A DNA stretch of 27,225 bases from Verrucomicrobiales bacterium (lineage in GTDB: Bacteria; Verrucomicrobiota; Verrucomicrobiia; Verrucomicrobiales; V1-33), in contig JANOAV010000069.1 in NCBI GenBank assembly GCA_031411295.1, positions 1 through 27,225 of the forward strand, in the 5' to 3' direction. The notes beneath the pieces were generated by a model that saw only the letters and a program-made list of their open reading frames with translations, made no database searches and was not told where the DNA came from. The position numbers were made by a program, and so were the translations under genes. Below are positions 24,270 through 27,225 of the stretch, piece after piece. Each line of letters begins with the position of its first letter. Within the stretch, counting starts at the first letter, position 1.

Positions 24270-25814
24270 ATGTCCAAACCCCAGACCGCCCCGACCGCCA
24301 TTACGCCCGTTCGTCAGGATGATTTTCCTGAATGGTATCAACAAGTCATTAAAGCCGCTGATCTCGCAGAGAATTCAGAGGTGCGCGGCTGCATGGTCAT
24401 CAAGCCGTGGGGCTATGGCATCTGGGAATTGATGCAGAAGGCGCTGGACGGCATGTTCAAGGCTACGGGTCACAAGAATGCTTATTTCCCGCTGCTGATT
24501 CCACTGAGTTATCTGGCCAAGGAAGCGGACCATGTGGAAGGCTTTGCCAAAGAATGTGCCGTGGTGACGCACCATCGGCTGGAATCGGTGCGGCAACCCG
24601 ATGGCACCATGAAGATGGTTCCCGCTGGTGAACTGGCGGAGCCCTATGTGATTCGTCCCACCAGTGAAACGATCATCGGTGCGGCTTTTGCACGCTGGGT
24701 CCAGAGCTACCGTGATTTACCCCTGCTGATCAATCAGTGGGCCAACGTGATGCGTTGGGAAATGCGTCCGCGCATCTTTCTGCGCACCGCAGAGTTCCTT
24801 TGGCAGGAAGGCCATACGGCTCATGAAACGAAGGATGAGGCACTCGAGGAGACGGAAAAAATGCTCGGAGTCTATCAAACGTTCGTGCGCGACCATCTGG
24901 CCATTCCGGTGATCTGCGGTGAGAAGAGCGCTCGCGAACGCTTCCCTGGTGCGGAATCCACGTTGTGCATCGAAGCCATGGTGCAGGATCGCAAGGCGAT
25001 TCAAGCGGGCACGAGTCACTTCCTGGGGCAAAATTTCTCCAAGTCCTCCGAGATCTGTTTCACGGGCCGGGGCGGAAATAAAGAATACGCCTGGACCACC
25101 AGTTGGGGCGTGAGCACGCGCTTGATTGGCACGCTCATCATGGCCCATGCGGATGATGATGGTCTGGTGCTGCCACCACGCATTGCCACGGAACAAATCG
25201 TGATTTTACCCGTCACACCCAAAGAAGACAGCAAGGCGGCGGTGCTGGAAGCCGCACACAAGCTGGCGGCCGAACTGCGCGCGCTGAATTTCCATGGCGA
25301 TGCCCTGCGCGTTAGTGTGGATGAACGGGATCTGGCAGGCGGCACCAAGAACTGGGAATGGATCAAGAAAGGCGTGCCGCTGCGTATCGAAATCGGCCCG
25401 CGTGATTTGGAGAAAGGCAGCATTGCGCTGTCCCGTCGCGATCTGGGAGTGAAGGAAAAGAGCTTCCCGGCGGCCACGGAATTCGTCAGCCAAGTCATCG
25501 GCATCCTGCAGAACATGCAGGATGAGCTACTGGCCCGCGCCACGGCCTTCCGGGATGCGAACATGGTGAAGATCGAGGACAAAGCGACGTTTGAGCAATT
25601 CTTCACGGCGAAGAATCCTGACAAGGCCGAAATCCATGGTGGCTTTGCCCTCGTGCATTGGGCTGGCACCGCCGAGGACGAAGACAACCTCCAGAAAACG
25701 CTGGGCGTCACCATGCGCTGCATCCCCCGTGGAGAGGAATTCACGGAAGAGGGCATCTGTCCGTTTACTGGCGGCAAGAGCAGCCAGCGGGTGATCTTCG
25801 CCAAGGCGTATTAA
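24270..25814 (+). CDS. proS: Proline--tRNA ligase (archaeal/eukaryote-like type)
   Basis: DFPEWYQQV, VRGCMVIKPWG, RPTSE, QWANVMRWE, FLRTAEFLWQEGHT, QAGTSHFLGQNF, SWGVSTR and terminal FAKAY. No INS editing domain. Confidence 0.97.
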   Translation: MSKPQTAPTAITPVRQDDFPEWYQQVIKAADLAENSEVRGCMVIKPWGYGIWELMQKALDGMFKATGHKNAYFPLLIPLSYLAKEADHVEGFAKECAVVTHHRLESVRQPDGTMKMVPAGELAEPYVIRPTSETIIGAAFARWVQSYRDLPLLINQWANVMRWEMRPRIFLRTAEFLWQEGHTAHETKDEALEETEKMLGVYQTFVRDHLAIPVICGEKSARERFPGAESTLCIEAMVQDRKAIQAGTSHFLGQNFSKSSEICFTGRGGNKEYAWTTSWGVSTRLIGTLIMAHADDDGLVLPPRIATEQIVILPVTPKEDSKAAVLEAAHKLAAELRALNFHGDALRVSVDERDLAGGTKNWEWIKKGVPLRIEIGPRDLEKGSIALSRRDLGVKEKSFPAATEFVSQVIGILQNMQDELLARATAFRDANMVKIEDKATFEQFFTAKNPDKAEIHGGFALVHWAGTAEDEDNLQKTLGVTMRCIPRGEEFTEEGICPFTGGKSSQRVIFAKAY

Positions 25815-25904
25815 AGATCATCAAGCCCGCGGCGGGAGAGAACTCCTGCGTCGGCTCCGGTCCAAACTACTTGTCATCCGTGCTCCCGTGGGCAAACTAC
25901 CGTC

Positions 25905-26720
25905 ATGCCAACTGCTCATTCCCCCGCCGCCGACTTTCTTCGCATTGAAGATTTGCAGGTTCACTTTACCCAGAAGGGAAAAGGCTGGGGTGCTCCGCCG
26001 CAAGTAATCAAGGCCGTGGATGGCGTTTCGCTGAATCTTGAGCGTGGTGAGATTCTAGGATTGGTGGGAGAGTCTGGTTGCGGGAAATCCACCTTAAGCC
26101 GTGCGGTTCTGCAGTTGGTGCGGCCGACCGGTGGTCGGATCATTTTGGAAGGTGCGGATCTGGCGCAACTGAGCCCGCAACAACTCCGCATGGCCCGGTT
26201 GAATTTTCAAATGGTCTTCCAGGACCCTTACGCTTCGCTGAATCCCCGGCTCACCATTTTCAGCACCCTGCTGGAAGCCTTGGAAACGCGCGGCCGCATC
26301 CCTGAAGCCCAACAAGCCACTGCCGTGGCGGAGTTAATGGAGCGCGTGGGCTTGGAATCAAGATTCATGCTGAAGTATCCTCACGAGTTCTCCGGCGGGC
26401 AACGTCAGCGCATCGCCATCGCGCGCGCCCTGGCCCCCAAGCCGGAGTTGCTCATTGCCGATGAACCCGTGTCCGCCTTGGACGTTTCCATCCAGAGCCA
26501 GATCATTAACTTACTGCTCCAGCTCTCCCGGGAAATGAACCTCACCATGCTCTTCATTTCCCACGATCTCAGCGTCGTCAGATTCATCGCAGATCGCATC
26601 GCTGTCATGCAGGGTGGCAAGATCGTGGAACTCGGCACCGCAGAAGAAGTCTATGATCATCCGCAGCATCCCTACACCCAGAAGCTGCTGTCGGCCGTAT
26701 TGAAGCCGATGGTGGGGTAG
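25905..26720 (+). CDS. Oligopeptide/dipeptide-type ABC transporter ATP-binding protein (DppF/OppF-like)
   Basis: [47 protein letters not shown] and HPYTQKLL. Confidence 0.92.
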   Translation: MPTAHSPAADFLRIEDLQVHFTQKGKGWGAPPQVIKAVDGVSLNLERGEILGLVGESGCGKSTLSRAVLQLVRPTGGRIILEGADLAQLSPQQLRMARLNFQMVFQDPYASLNPRLTIFSTLLEALETRGRIPEAQQATAVAELMERVGLESRFMLKYPHEFSGGQRQRIAIARALAPKPELLIADEPVSALDVSIQSQIINLLLQLSREMNLTMLFISHDLSVVRFIADRIAVMQGGKIVELGTAEEVYDHPQHPYTQKLLSAVLKPMVG

Positions 26721-26744
26721 GTGTGAAGCCAAATGATGAAAGTC

Positions 26745-26980
26745 AATCCCAACGGGATTGTGCCCCAAAGCCCAGGGTTGCGAGGGACGAGCTACCCTGG
26801 GAAAACGTGGTCATGAGGGAACAACCCCAACGGGGTTGTGTCCGTTTCGTCAGCGGCCATGTCTCCTGCGGACCGAGGACGCAACCCCGTTGGGGTTGAT
26901 GCTTATCCTCGATTTCCCCCAGGGTAGCCCCGCGTGCCTCGGAGCAACCCTGGGCTGGAGGGCGTAATCCCGTTGGGATT
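26745..26980. repeat. 236-bp palindromic element with two inverted three-hairpin arms (REPIN/MITE-like)
   Basis: Arm 1: AATCCCAACGGGATT (26745), AGCCCAGGGTTGC..GCTACCCTGGG (26769-26801), AACCCCAACGGGGTT (26823). Arm 2 is the inverted counterpart (26883, 26918-26956, 26966-26980). Confidence 0.85.
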
Positions 26981-26995
26981 AGAAGGAACGTCGGG

Positions 26996-27088
26996 CTAGT
27001 GGCTCGCACCAGTCAACCTGATGGAAGCACCCGGGGGAGGAGCCTACTGCGCTATGAGTTGGAGTCCCGCTTTTAAGCGCTTAAAAGC
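26996..27088. repeat. REP-containing repeat unit, copy 2 (inverted relative to 141-294)
   Basis: Starts CTAGTGGCTCG and ends in the perfect 20-bp palindrome GCTTTTAAGCGCTTAAAAGC (27069-27088), abutting the IS end. Confidence 0.8.
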
Positions 27089-27225
27089 CAATGCCTTTAA
27101 GGATTGGTGATGGTGATGGTTTTGACGAGCGGTTGGGAGCTGGGGATTTTGGTTTTGGGCCAGGCTTTGACGGGTTGGCGCAGGGTGCGGGGACAGCTCC
27201 TCGGCGGGCGTTCCTTGATCAGGGC
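27089..27225 (-). mobile_element. Right (3') end of a second IS4-like copy, truncated by the window edge
   Basis: Begins CAATGCCTTTAAGG and is identical in reverse complement to 4-140. It includes the same transposase tail, with the stop at 27097-27099 on the minus strand. Confidence 0.75.

Noticed and set aside
26743..27009. Short ORFs and a CRISPR-like appearance of the palindromic repeats
   Set aside because: The repeats are inverted arms rather than direct repeats with regular spacers, no cas genes are present, and the ORFs are translations of the repeat.
1..27225. Composite transposon, or linear replicon/phage with terminal inverted repeats
   Set aside because: The cargo is core housekeeping (trpS, proS, murA, rpsF, purF), and the repeats are truncated IS ends typical of contig breaks.

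Overview
A GC-rich bacterial chromosomal segment that looks like Verrucomicrobiota/PVC (inference from A/C-rich leaders without Shine-Dalgarno motifs, a planctomycete-type cytochrome c, a PQQ-like propeller, a long-type PurF and an archaeal-type ProRS). It holds about 24 mostly housekeeping genes: MsbA-like ABC exporter, pilC plus a prepilin, trpS, NUDIX, cytochrome c, prmC-murA-(tiny RNase III domain)-pth-rpsF, SGNH hydrolase, yqhD plus a double SDR, M13 peptidase, purF, a beta-propeller, an ECF sigma/anti-sigma/Spy-like triad, DoxX, proS and an orphan peptide-ABC ATPase. Both window ends are the identical 3' end of an IS4-like element in inverted orientation, probably contig breaks. Each copy sits at the same register next to the same REP-like core (SCTTTTAAGC), inside a shared ~90-bp repeat that ends at CTAG. 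Intergenic gaps contain several unrelated REP/REPIN-like palindrome families with no RAYT/TnpA gene in the window. The best novelty candidates are the REP-targeting nested IS, a 96-aa ultra-minimal RNase III-domain protein in the murA-pth-rpsF operon, and the ECF/anti-sigma/extended-Spy module. No CRISPR array, tRNA or rRNA was found.
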